Assembly: GCA_016194285.1 (NCBI GenBank)
Contig: JACQBZ010000096.1
Span: forward strand, 8,974-72,973
From: Nitrospirota bacterium
GTDB taxonomy: Bacteria; Nitrospirota; Nitrospiria; JACQBZ01
Direction of reading: 5' to 3'
Length of the DNA stretch: 64,000 bases
The position numbers and the translations under genes were made by a program. This document shows, in pieces, positions 9,401 to 17,280 of this stretch. The notes below the pieces were generated by a model, which ran no database searches, was not told the origin of the DNA, and was given only the letters and a program-made list of their open reading frames with translations. Within the stretch, counting starts at the first letter, position 1, and every line of letters starts with the position of its first letter.

Positions 9401-11039
9401 TCTGGCCAGAGTAACATGAGGAGCCTCCATAACATGTAGCGACCGGCAAAGAGGCACAAGATTCATACGGGGGATGGAGATTCGATATTCTCTTAGAACT
9501 ATCCGATACTCCGGTATAAACCTGCTTGGTCGACAGCAAAAGGATGTCCGCTGGATTCTGGTTGACCGGGAAATTCGAATTGGTAAGTTGAAGCGTGACC
9601 AAGGTTTTTTCAGGAAGATTGGCAATGACCGCCGATTCCTCATCTTGCGCTTCAAGCTTTCTTGTGGATATCGAATCTCCTGCGTCTGTCGGGACCGTGA
9701 TACGCAAGTAAAGCGGTAATGTGAGGCCCGTCCTCCTCTCATCGACATAAAGCTTAACGCAGGCCGGGTTGTTTGTCTCCATGCCCAGATCGATTACTGA
9801 AGACAGGGCAACGGCAAACGTGGCGGTGACCGCGGTGTCGGCTGTTGTCGTTACCGTACAAGTCCCCATGCCGCTGCAACCTCCGCCGCTCCACCCCGCA
9901 AACGTGAACCCGGGATCGGCCACTGCGGTCAAGGTCACCGTGGTACCGATCTGATAGGCCTGAGAACAGTTGGCCCCACAGGTGATCCCTGCCAAATCGG
10001 AAGTCACTGTACCGCTGCCCGTGCCGGCCTTGCTCACCGAGAGAGTGAAGGCCGAGGAGGTTAGGCCCGCCACCGTAAGCGTCGTGCTCCCGTTGACTCC
10101 GCCGAAGGTCGCGGTGATCGTCGTCGTGCTGGGGCTGAGGCCCGTGGCGATGCCATTTGCGTTAATCGTCGCTACAGACGTATTACTGCTGCTCCAAGTC
10201 ATGCAACTCGACAGCGGTTTGCATTTGCCCGCGCTGCCGGCATTGTAGATGGCCTGAATTTCTGAAGCATCGAGAGCGCGATTGTAGATCCCGACTTCGT
10301 CAATGAGACCGTTGTATAGGCTCCCACCGTATTGATCTATCCCAATCCGCAACGGCAGGTTATTGGTCGGAATCGGCAAAGTTAGTGGGAAGCTACCATC
10401 CAGCGCGCCGTTGACATAGACCTTCATGGTTGAGCCGTCATAAACCCCTGCCACATGCATGAAGGTGTCTAAAGACAAAGTCGTTGTGCCGAAGAGGTTA
10501 TAGGGACCAATGATCAATCGTAGATGACCGGAATAGGTGTCAAGCAGATACCCATCGGGGCCCCCTGGCGTAATCTTATCTACAATTCTTCCACCCAACG
10601 CCGTGGGTTTTATCCAAGCTTCTATGGTTATTTGATTCGTGATGTCAAGGGATGCGGCATCCGGTACATTGACGAAATCATCCAGCCCATCGAAACTAAA
10701 TGCCTGCCCCACCGTCCCGGGCGAAAACGTCGCGCCGTTCATCAGCGCTCCATGATTACTCCCAATCAAATCATTTGCATTTCCATCGCCCGGCCACCAA
10801 CCGACCATGCCTGAAGGAGGGAAGATGCCACCGATCAATATCTGTGTAGAACCATCACTAAACGTCCCCGTGGCCGTGAACGGTTGCGTCTGGCCGACAG
10901 GAATAGTCGGATCGGTCGGCGTGACGGTAATTGAGAAAAGAGTCGCGGCGGCCACAGGGCCGGCAAGTGCGAACCCAAAGGTGAGAACACACAACAATGA
11001 CAAGAAAAAGAGCTTGATCTTACCATCGCGCATATTCAC
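6498..11039 (-). CDS. Giant secreted multidomain protein (Big_2, LamG, InlB-B-repeat-like, PKD, HYR, Ig-like) with a central region carrying two CxxCH motifs
   Basis: The 1513-aa ORF has a signal peptide (LFFLSLLCVLTFGFALAGPVAAA). It also has a LamG_3-like block (GQAFSFDGLDDFVNVP...IDEVGIYNRALDASEIQAIYN), a PKD-like block (NGTGSDDPEGDPLTFSW) and an HYR-like block. CIICH is encoded at 8907-8921 and CRVCH at 8577-8591. Confidence 0.9.
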   Translation of the reverse strand: MNMRDGKIKLFFLSLLCVLTFGFALAGPVAAATLFSITVTPTDPTIPVGQTQPFTATGTFSDGSTQILIGGIFPPSGMVGWWPGDGNANDLIGSNHGALMNGATFSPGTVGQAFSFDGLDDFVNVPDAASLDITNQITIEAWIKPTALGGRIVDKITPGGPDGYLLDTYSGHLRLIIGPYNLFGTTTLSLDTFMHVAGVYDGSTMKVYVNGALDGSFPLTLPIPTNNLPLRIGIDQYGGSLYNGLIDEVGIYNRALDASEIQAIYNAGSAGKCKPLSSCMTWSSSNTSVATINANGIATGLSPSTTTITATFGGVNGSTTLTVAGLTSSAFTLSVSKAGTGSGTVTSDLAGITCGANCSQAYQIGTTVTLTAVADPGFTFAGWSGGGCSGMGTCTVTTTADTAVTATFAVALSSVIDLGMETNNPACVKLYVDERRTGLTLPLYLRITVPTDAGDSISTRKLEAQDEESAVIANLPEKTLVTLQLTNSNFPVNQNPADILLLSTKQVYTGVSDSSKRISNLHPPYESCASLPVATCYGGSSCYSGQNLRDGEVDVTVAPKDGGFLNAIGVDDENTSNAYYQAIDPHKQKTTLADWKTRNGFDAGDDASALYYNQGDLGYWRSMHMKSQFNPDGSFKSIAYYVTNYETEWEGLNGLNPVATVGMESSPKPDDLSGTPFTKFYVFGNNGGRVNTANLDDRGEKNVPRVCIICHGGAGKVPTNGTYPDYGDTGAHFIPFALDSFQYSGSPGYSRLDQEGQFKALNLGVLKTNPTPVVRQLIEGWYGGSGLLPFGEQFSDFVPSGWQDHSSLYRDVVKRSCRVCHATQYETIDWGSYEKFNGDGGGIRSLVCDDKIMPHARSTYINFWQSLFPHQPRLLTHAGLSNWDTTKPCSPLDVSIEHLNSKIASDPPNFLIHTTPGLLYYTVEVSAENNLFKDIASRNGTNFFSSEILGPIDLSDYFFSDPENGFQYTIPQSSWDLLPKSGKMYYRLIVFSTPKVGSNIYYSFATVDDNHYQDAPSFSVSGPIPLGVSLVTFSPDPKVKVGFIQTTGSGDTTVNISATNPGPDKPGYAILVPYYDISTTVTYTGPATIQLNYDNLGISPAKEQHLELLHLTATGWVPVTSSLDTTNKIIRGKVSSFSWFAIAVQNLPPQADAGGNQILEATSPAGASVSLNGTGSDDPEGDPLTFSWTGPFGSVTGASPTVTLPLGIHAITLTVTDTLGETGTDTMQVTVRDTTPPVIASHADLTSEATSAAGAVVTYTSPATSDAVDGAGVASCLPASGSSFGMGNATVTCNASDAHGNAAAATTFVVHVVDTTPPVISLTAPGPQTYACTLTIAFSATDIASGVASVSATLNGSPVSNGQKATLTKPGLNSLSVTATDVAGNSSTKTVSFSVTYNFIGFLDPINSDGSSIFKLGSTVPIKYQLTDCNGLAVTTAVGTLAVFKITDAVLGTVVEVSTDSSGTANTDNLFRYSAPNYIYNLGTKPYSQGTYRLQATLDDGTIHTINISLKSK

Positions 11040-11487
11040 GGGAGACTCCTATCAAGGTTTCAAAACAAATGGGGTAAATGGATCATACTGAATGGGTTTC
11101 CGCTCTTATTTAACAGATGGTCCTTGTTCCTGGCCTGCTTACAGAACAGTGACAAAAACCACAAAAGCCTTCCTCCGAACCTCGGCTCAGAAGAAGGCTT
11201 GTTTAGGTCCCCCGGTATCAATCGCCTCAGAAGGCATAATTGATCCTCATTATAGAGTCGCCAAGACACCGGGCCCTTGAAATCCACAGGAGCTTCTGAT
11301 CCTGTGATCGGCGCCTGGCCTCTAAGAAGTAATTCTGCTCAGATTTTATGGAAATTAAAGAGTAGTACGGCCGACACGTATCATACTCTCAGGCTAAATG
11401 TCAACTACACAAAAGGGGGTTTTTCCACGGAAGAACTAAATATATAGTGGATAGGCAGGGCATGACCGCAACCTGAAGCCTCTCCGG

Positions 11488-11670
11488 TCAAAAGGTCGGG
11501 CAATGGATCTGATCCTGCCCCGCAGATTCTTGGCACGGCCACGCGCGCGGATCGACGGTTTCTTTGCCGGAGAACTTGAAGAGCGTTCGATCGGAATAAT
11601 TGATCGAAAACGACCAGAAACCTTCCCATTTCCCTTTAAGCTTGTGGGTCTTTAGGCGAGGGTGGAATAA
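11488..11670 (-). pseudogene. N-terminally truncated RelE/YafQ-family toxin remnant
   Basis: Own translation directly after the antitoxin stop and in the same frame: LFHPRLKTHKLKGKWEGFWSFSINYSDRTLFKFSGKETVD... This matches the (N)PFHPSLKTHKLKG..WSFSI..YRI.F core of this toxin family. There is no start codon and about 35 N-terminal residues are missing. The C-terminus is degenerate. Confidence 0.5.
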
Positions 11671-11877
11671 TTAACGGTCGAGATCATGAATCAGATCACG
11701 GACGTCCTTGAACGATTTGAGCTTCCCGGCTCTCTTTTCCTCTTCATAGGTTAAGATCGCTTTGAGCGTATCCAGTTCCTCCGCCGCTTTCTTGAGATTC
11801 TCGTATTCCTTACGGCTCAGCGTCACGGTGCCGGACCCTTTCTTTTTCGTAAGTACCGCCATGATCGTCCCTCTCAA
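11671..11877 (-). CDS. Small antitoxin-like protein (tentatively Phd/YefM C-terminal-like)
   Basis: The ORF contains TVTLSRKEYENLKKAAEELDTLKAI. The likely true start is the ATG at 11862, preceded by the SD GAGAGGGA. It abuts the toxin remnant. Confidence 0.55.
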   Translation of the reverse strand: MRGTIMAVLTKKKGSGTVTLSRKEYENLKKAAEELDTLKAILTYEEEKRAGKLKSFKDVRDLIHDLDR

Positions 11878-12036
11878 TTTTTTTTACGTGTCAATCGCAC
11901 AAATATCTTACTGCAAAGCGGAATAGTTGTCAACGAATACACTCTTCACCTTCCGACTTCCCCTCACCCGCCCCCGTGCCTGAGGGGCCGGATGGGGAGG
12001 CCAAAGGTGAGTAAGGAAATGACCGCAACATGAATC

Positions 12037-12993
12037 CTACAACGCCTCCACCCGGCCATCGGGAAAGACGCGGAAGCGGTAAACAAAGATTCCCTCCCGG
12101 CTGATCAGGGACGATCGGAACCGAAGGTCAAAGACGCTCACCACAACCGGATCGTTGGCCGAGCGTCCGGTCGAAGCGGGGTTCCCTTCCACCGTCCAGA
12201 CCGGCGCCTTGAAGAACCATTCCAGCCGTCGGCCCAAGGCCGTCACCCGGGCTTGCTCCACGGCAGGCTGACCGACGGCCGTGATCGCCTCGCCGATAAA
12301 CTCGATCCGGCCCGACAGGGTGTGGATCAGATAAATGCGGTAGGTGTCTCCCGTGCGCACCACGCCTCGCCAGCGGTGTGGCCCGAGGGGCTCGGGGAAG
12401 ACGTAACGGAATTCGGGCCGAGCCGTGAGTCGCACCGATTCGGACGCGAGCGCCTGCCGTGCGATCATCCGATTGCCTTCGCAAAAGAGGATATAAACCG
12501 CAACGCCGATCATCGCGATCCTGGACATCAAGATCAGATGCGGCCGCAGTCGGCGGAAGACGGCCAGCAACAAAGGCGCGGCGAGAAGGCCGGTCAGAAC
12601 CAAATCGATAATAAAGATGATCGCGAGCTCCGGCCGCCAGTCGCTGAACGGCCAGAGCAGCACCAATCCGAAGGAATTCACCAGATCGAAGAAGAGATGC
12701 ACGAATGCGCCGAGAAGGGTGAGTCCAAACAAACGACCAAAGCCCAGTCGCGGGTAGAACCGCCGAAGGATCAGCGCAAGACCCAGGGACCAGAGAGGAA
12801 GAAGAAAAACGGAATGGCCGAAGGTCCGCCGCATCAGGATGGCGGTCGGATCGCCCGTGAGATGAACGACGGCGTCGATGTCCGGGAGATTGGAGGCCAG
12901 CGCGAGAACCGGAACGGCCGGGGGGCCGATCCGCTTTCGTAAAAAGGCGTTGGCCATCCCGACGCCGACCAGGGTGTGCGTGACCGGATCCAT
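12037..12993 (-). CDS. Membrane-bound metal-dependent hydrolase, YdjM/DUF457 family
   Basis: The 318-aa ORF reads MDPVTHTLVG...NLPDIDAV...FGHSVF and has multiple hydrophobic helices. Confidence 0.8.
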   Translation of the reverse strand: MDPVTHTLVGVGMANAFLRKRIGPPAVPVLALASNLPDIDAVVHLTGDPTAILMRRTFGHSVFLLPLWSLGLALILRRFYPRLGFGRLFGLTLLGAFVHLFFDLVNSFGLVLLWPFSDWRPELAIIFIIDLVLTGLLAAPLLLAVFRRLRPHLILMSRIAMIGVAVYILFCEGNRMIARQALASESVRLTARPEFRYVFPEPLGPHRWRGVVRTGDTYRIYLIHTLSGRIEFIGEAITAVGQPAVEQARVTALGRRLEWFFKAPVWTVEGNPASTGRSANDPVVVSVFDLRFRSSLISREGIFVYRFRVFPDGRVEAL

Positions 12994-12997
12994 CGGT

Positions 12998-13840
12998 CTA
13001 CGGGCGGATGGTCTGGAGAAATTGTTGATACAGCCTGCGGGTCGTCCGGCCGGGCCGGCCGTCGCCGATGGGTTTCCCGTCCACCTTCACAATCGGCAGG
13101 ATCTCGGTGGTCGTACCGGTGAGGAATACTTCCTCGGCGCCGAGAAGCTCCTCCAGCGGGATCCCTTTTTCGATCACGGGATCACGGGCCTCGCGCGCGA
13201 GGCCGATCGCCAGGTCCCGCGTGATGCCGGACAGGATGAACGGTCCGTTCGGCGGTGTGACGATCCGGCCTTGGATCACGGCAAAGACGTTGGAGCCGGC
13301 CCCTTCGAGAACCAGCCCGTCCCGGACGAAAAGCGCCTCGAACGCGCCGGCCGATCGGGCCTTCTCACGGGCCATGATGTTGGGAAGGAGATTGACCGAT
13401 TTGATGTCGCAACGGCCCCATCGCAGATCCGGCACCGTGATGACCGAGGCCCCCTTCTCATGGAGCTGGTCCGACAGCGGCGTCAGCTTCCGGACCGTGA
13501 TGATCACGCTGGGCCGGGTTTTTTTCGGAAAGGAGTGATCCCGAGGCGCCGCTCCCCGCGTAATCTGGATATAAAGCTTGGCATCCGGATAACCGCTCCG
13601 GCCGTGGGCCTTTTCCAGAATCGCTTTCCAACGGGATTTTGAATAGACCATCGACAGCCCGAGCGCTTCGGCGCTTTGCTCGAGCCGCCGGAGGTGATCT
13701 TCAATATGAAAGACCCGGCCCCCGTAGGTTCGGATCAGCTCGTAGATGCCGTCACCGAATTGAAACCCCCGGTCTTCCACCGAGACGCGGGCTTGAGCCA
13801 AGGGCATGAATCGTCCGTTCACAAACGCGATGTTGGGCAC
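12998..13840 (-). CDS. dat: Class IV aminotransferase, D-amino-acid transaminase-like
   Basis: The 280-aa ORF has EDRGFQFGDGIYELIR, DLRWGRCDIKSVNLL and EGAGSNVF, closely resembling Bacillus Dat motifs. Confidence 0.8.
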   Translation of the reverse strand: MPNIAFVNGRFMPLAQARVSVEDRGFQFGDGIYELIRTYGGRVFHIEDHLRRLEQSAEALGLSMVYSKSRWKAILEKAHGRSGYPDAKLYIQITRGAAPRDHSFPKKTRPSVIITVRKLTPLSDQLHEKGASVITVPDLRWGRCDIKSVNLLPNIMAREKARSAGAFEALFVRDGLVLEGAGSNVFAVIQGRIVTPPNGPFILSGITRDLAIGLAREARDPVIEKGIPLEELLGAEEVFLTGTTTEILPIVKVDGKPIGDGRPGRTTRRLYQQFLQTIRP

Positions 13841-13879
13841 CGTTTCTCCAATTTCAAATTTGAGATTTGAAATCTCGCA

Positions 13880-14527
13880 TCATTTTTTCCTCATCAAGAC
13901 ATCCCAAAAAACATACAAGCCATCGCCTCGTTCTTCCATTTTTAAGATATCGAACTGTTTTCCGAAAAGCGTCTTGAAGTCCCGCTTCCGGAAGAACCGG
14001 TCGTAATGGCCCCGGTGGACCAGCCAGTTGCGACGGCGCTTTTCACCTGGATGGTGTTTGAACCGGGTCGAAAAGCAGGACAGGATCAGATGGCCGCCCG
14101 GCTTCAGACGCGGCCAAACGCTTTTAAAATAACGACGCGTATCGGCGATCTTCACGTGATGCAAACAGCCGTAATCGATAATCGCATCGAAGGCGTTCGG
14201 AGGGAACGGCAGCCGAAACGCATCGCCGACCATGAACCGGAAGCCGCCGCGGCCCTTCCGCCGCCGCGCAAAGGTCCTCGCCCGACGGATCGCCAGGGGC
14301 TGGTAATCCAGGCCCACAACATGAAACCCTTCGCGCGCGCAGGCCAGCGTATGCCGGCCCTCGCCGCAGCCCAGATCAAGAATCCGCCCCCGGGCCGGAG
14401 CGGCCGCTTTTCGGATGCGCGAAAGGGCACGCAGTACGAATGGGGTCGGGCCGACGGTCGGCCAGCCATGACGACCGGTCTCGTACGCCTTCTCAAAATA
14501 TTTTTTCTGCCTCTGATACAATCCCAC
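13880..14527 (-). CDS. Class I SAM-dependent methyltransferase
   Basis: The 215-aa ORF has motif I (ILDLGCGEGRH) and a following acidic loop (VVGLDYQP). Confidence 0.85.
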   Translation of the reverse strand: MGLYQRQKKYFEKAYETGRHGWPTVGPTPFVLRALSRIRKAAAPARGRILDLGCGEGRHTLACAREGFHVVGLDYQPLAIRRARTFARRRKGRGGFRFMVGDAFRLPFPPNAFDAIIDYGCLHHVKIADTRRYFKSVWPRLKPGGHLILSCFSTRFKHHPGEKRRRNWLVHRGHYDRFFRKRDFKTLFGKQFDILKMEERGDGLYVFWDVLMRKK

Positions 14528-14655
14528 GGTTCGGCTCGATCACCCTCTGAAAGTCCGGCACAGTATACAGCGCTGTCTTGTCCGCGTCAAGGGGGGGTTG
14601 AAACACAATCTCAAGATCAATTGACTTTTTTTAGACGGTATCGCATACTCCGGTC

Positions 14656-15090
14656 ATGAAGAGACTTCCGTTCTTCATCCTCCTCGTCGCGTTCGAGGCC
14701 GTCGTCCACGGGCAGGAGCCCACACCTTCAACGGTTCCGTTGACCCTCCCGGAAGGAAAGACCCTTCAGGTCGAGGTCGCCCGAACGGAAGAGAAGCGGG
14801 CCCTCGGTTTGATGTTTCGCACCGCCCTGGCGGAGGGTCACGGGATGCTGTTCATCTTCGAGCGGCCCGAGCCCCATCGCTTCTGGATGAAGAACACCCT
14901 GATCCCGCTGGACATGGTCTGGATGGATGATCGGAAGCGGATCATCCATATCGAATATCAGGTCCCGCCCTGCAAACTGGATCCCTGCCCGGTCTACGGG
15001 CCGTCGGCCGACAGCCTCTATGTGCTGGAGGTGATTTCCGGCGTGGCCACGCGGGAGAAACTTCGCGTGGGCCAGACGTTGACGTTTTGA
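14656..15090 (+). CDS. DUF192 domain protein (secreted)
   Basis: The 144-aa ORF has a signal peptide and the GLMFR...GMLFIF...FWMKNTLIPLDMVW pattern. Confidence 0.85.
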   Translation: MKRLPFFILLVAFEAVVHGQEPTPSTVPLTLPEGKTLQVEVARTEEKRALGLMFRTALAEGHGMLFIFERPEPHRFWMKNTLIPLDMVWMDDRKRIIHIEYQVPPCKLDPCPVYGPSADSLYVLEVISGVATREKLRVGQTLTF

Positions 15091-15113
15091 TTTGAGGGTT
15101 CGGAATCCCTTCC

Positions 15114-17279
15114 CTATCCGGCTCGGACCCGCTTGGCCTGGACGACGCCGTCGACCGTCTCGATGCTCTTCAAAACCTTATCAAGATGGCCGGCGTTCAA
15201 GATCTCCACGACAAAGTTCAAGATGGCCCGCCGATCCTCGGTGGTCGTGATATCGGCATGGCTGATATTCGCCTTGGCCGAGGTGATCGCGGCCGAGACC
15301 GAGGCCAGCATGCCCGGCCGGTCGACCGTCACCACGCCGATCTTCACGGCATAGGCCGCGGCATCCTTTGTATCCCAGGCCACCTCGACGATCCGGTCCT
15401 TGTCATAGTCCAGCTCATCGATGTTGGGGCAGTCCATCGTATGCACCGACAGACCCCGGCCCCGCGTGATGAAACCGATGATCGGGTCGCCCGGAACCGG
15501 GTTGCAGCATTTGGAGAGATGGATCAGCAGGTCGCCGACCCCCTTGATCTTGACCCCGCTCGGACGCCCCCCGATCTTGCGGATGAGCTTGTCGGCCAGG
15601 CCTTCTTTCACGGCCGCCGCGGGCTGCAGACGTCGGATCACCTGCTCGGTCGTGATCCGACCGTACCCGATCGCGACCAGCAAACCCTCCGGGGTCGCGA
15701 TCCCGAAGTCCTTGGTCAGCGCCGTCAGATGTTCCGGCTTGAAGGCCTCGGTCGAACTCAGGTTGTGCCGCTGCAGCGCCCGCTCGAGCAGTTTCTTTCC
15801 CACCTCCAGGCTCCGGATGCGCTCCTCCGTCTTGATCCAGTGCTTGATCTTGGTCTTGGAACGGGCCGTCCGAACCCACTTCAGCCAATCCTTGCTGGGC
15901 GTCTGGTTCGTGGAGGTCGTGACCTCGACGGAGTCGCCGCTGTGAAGGACGTGTCGAAGCGGAACCAGCTTCCCGTTGACCTTGGCGCCCGTGCAGTGGT
16001 TTCCGACTTCGGTATGGACGCTGTAGGCGAAGTCGAGCGGACAAGCCCCCTTCGCCAGCTCTTTGACATCCCCTTTGGGTGTAAAGACGTAGATGACATC
16101 GGGAAAAAGATCCATCTTGACGGAATCCATGAACTGCCGATTGTCGGCCAGGTCCTGCTGCCACTCGACCAACTGGCGCAACCACCCGAAGACGCGGTCC
16201 GTCTTCTGATCGATCTGGCCCTTTTCCTTGTATTTCCAGTGCGCCGCGATGCCTTCTTCGGCCACCTTGTGCATCTCGTCCGTTCGGATTTGAAATTCCA
16301 CATGGTAGCCCTTGGGACCCATCACCGTCGTATGAAGGGATTGATAGCCGTTGGACTTCGGCACGCCGATATAATCCTTGAACCGTCCCGGCACCGGCCG
16401 CCAAAGGGAATGGATCATTCCGAGGATGGCGTAGCAGTTCATCTTGGTGTCCGTGATGATCCGGACCGCCGCCAGGTCGTACACTTCCTCGAACGGGATC
16501 CCTTGCCGTTCCATCTTCTGGTAGATTCCGAAGAGATGCTTGGAGCGGCCCAGCACCTGGCCCTTGAAACCGTATTCGGTCAGACTTTTCTGTATGATCT
16601 TGATGAGGTCCTGGATATAGGCGTCCCGCACTTCCTGCCGCTGCGCCACTTTTTTGGCCAGGTTGTTGAACACCTCGGGCTTGAGGTATCGCAAGCAGAG
16701 ATCCTCCAGCTCTGTCCTCATCCAACCGATCCCGAGCCGGTTGGCCAGCGGGGCGAAGATGTCCAGCGTTTCCTGCGCGATCCGTTTCTGCTTTTCTTCG
16801 GGAAGATAATGAAGCGTCCGCATATTGTGGAGGCGGTCGGCCAGTTTGATCAGGATGACCCGGATGTCCTCCGACATCGACAGAAGCATCTTGCGGAAGT
16901 TCTCGGCCTGCTTCTCTTCATGCGTCTTGAACTGGATCTTGCCGATCTTGGTGACCCCGTCGACCAGGTAGGCCACTTCTTTTCCGAATCGTTGCTCAAG
17001 GTCGGCCTTGGGAATGTCGGTGTCTTCAATGGTGTCGTGGAGCAGTCCGGCCACGATCGAGGGGACGTCCAGTTTGAGGTCGACGATGATCCGGGCCGTC
17101 TGGAGCGGATGCTGGAGAAACGGTTCGCCCGACTCCCGCTTCTGTCCGGCATGGGCCTGGGCCGAAAAGTCATACGCCTCCTGGATCGGTTGCACGTCGG
17201 CCTGGGGATTATACTGCCGCAGTGATTGGATCAGGGATTGCACGGAGACGGGCTCTGTATGTCGGAGCTTTAACGCCAT
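15114..17279 (-). CDS. spoT: Bifunctional (p)ppGpp synthetase/hydrolase RelA/SpoT
   Basis: The ORF has an HD domain (HDTIEDT), a synthetase domain, and TGS and ACT regions. I chose the ATG at 17279 (MALKLRH), 1 nt after the recJ stop. The ORF track extends the ORF to 17318. Confidence 0.95.
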   Translation of the reverse strand: MALKLRHTEPVSVQSLIQSLRQYNPQADVQPIQEAYDFSAQAHAGQKRESGEPFLQHPLQTARIIVDLKLDVPSIVAGLLHDTIEDTDIPKADLEQRFGKEVAYLVDGVTKIGKIQFKTHEEKQAENFRKMLLSMSEDIRVILIKLADRLHNMRTLHYLPEEKQKRIAQETLDIFAPLANRLGIGWMRTELEDLCLRYLKPEVFNNLAKKVAQRQEVRDAYIQDLIKIIQKSLTEYGFKGQVLGRSKHLFGIYQKMERQGIPFEEVYDLAAVRIITDTKMNCYAILGMIHSLWRPVPGRFKDYIGVPKSNGYQSLHTTVMGPKGYHVEFQIRTDEMHKVAEEGIAAHWKYKEKGQIDQKTDRVFGWLRQLVEWQQDLADNRQFMDSVKMDLFPDVIYVFTPKGDVKELAKGACPLDFAYSVHTEVGNHCTGAKVNGKLVPLRHVLHSGDSVEVTTSTNQTPSKDWLKWVRTARSKTKIKHWIKTEERIRSLEVGKKLLERALQRHNLSSTEAFKPEHLTALTKDFGIATPEGLLVAIGYGRITTEQVIRRLQPAAAVKEGLADKLIRKIGGRPSGVKIKGVGDLLIHLSKCCNPVPGDPIIGFITRGRGLSVHTMDCPNIDELDYDKDRIVEVAWDTKDAAAYAVKIGVVTVDRPGMLASVSAAITSAKANISHADITTTEDRRAILNFVVEILNAGHLDKVLKSIETVDGVVQAKRVRAG

Positions 17280-17280
17280 G

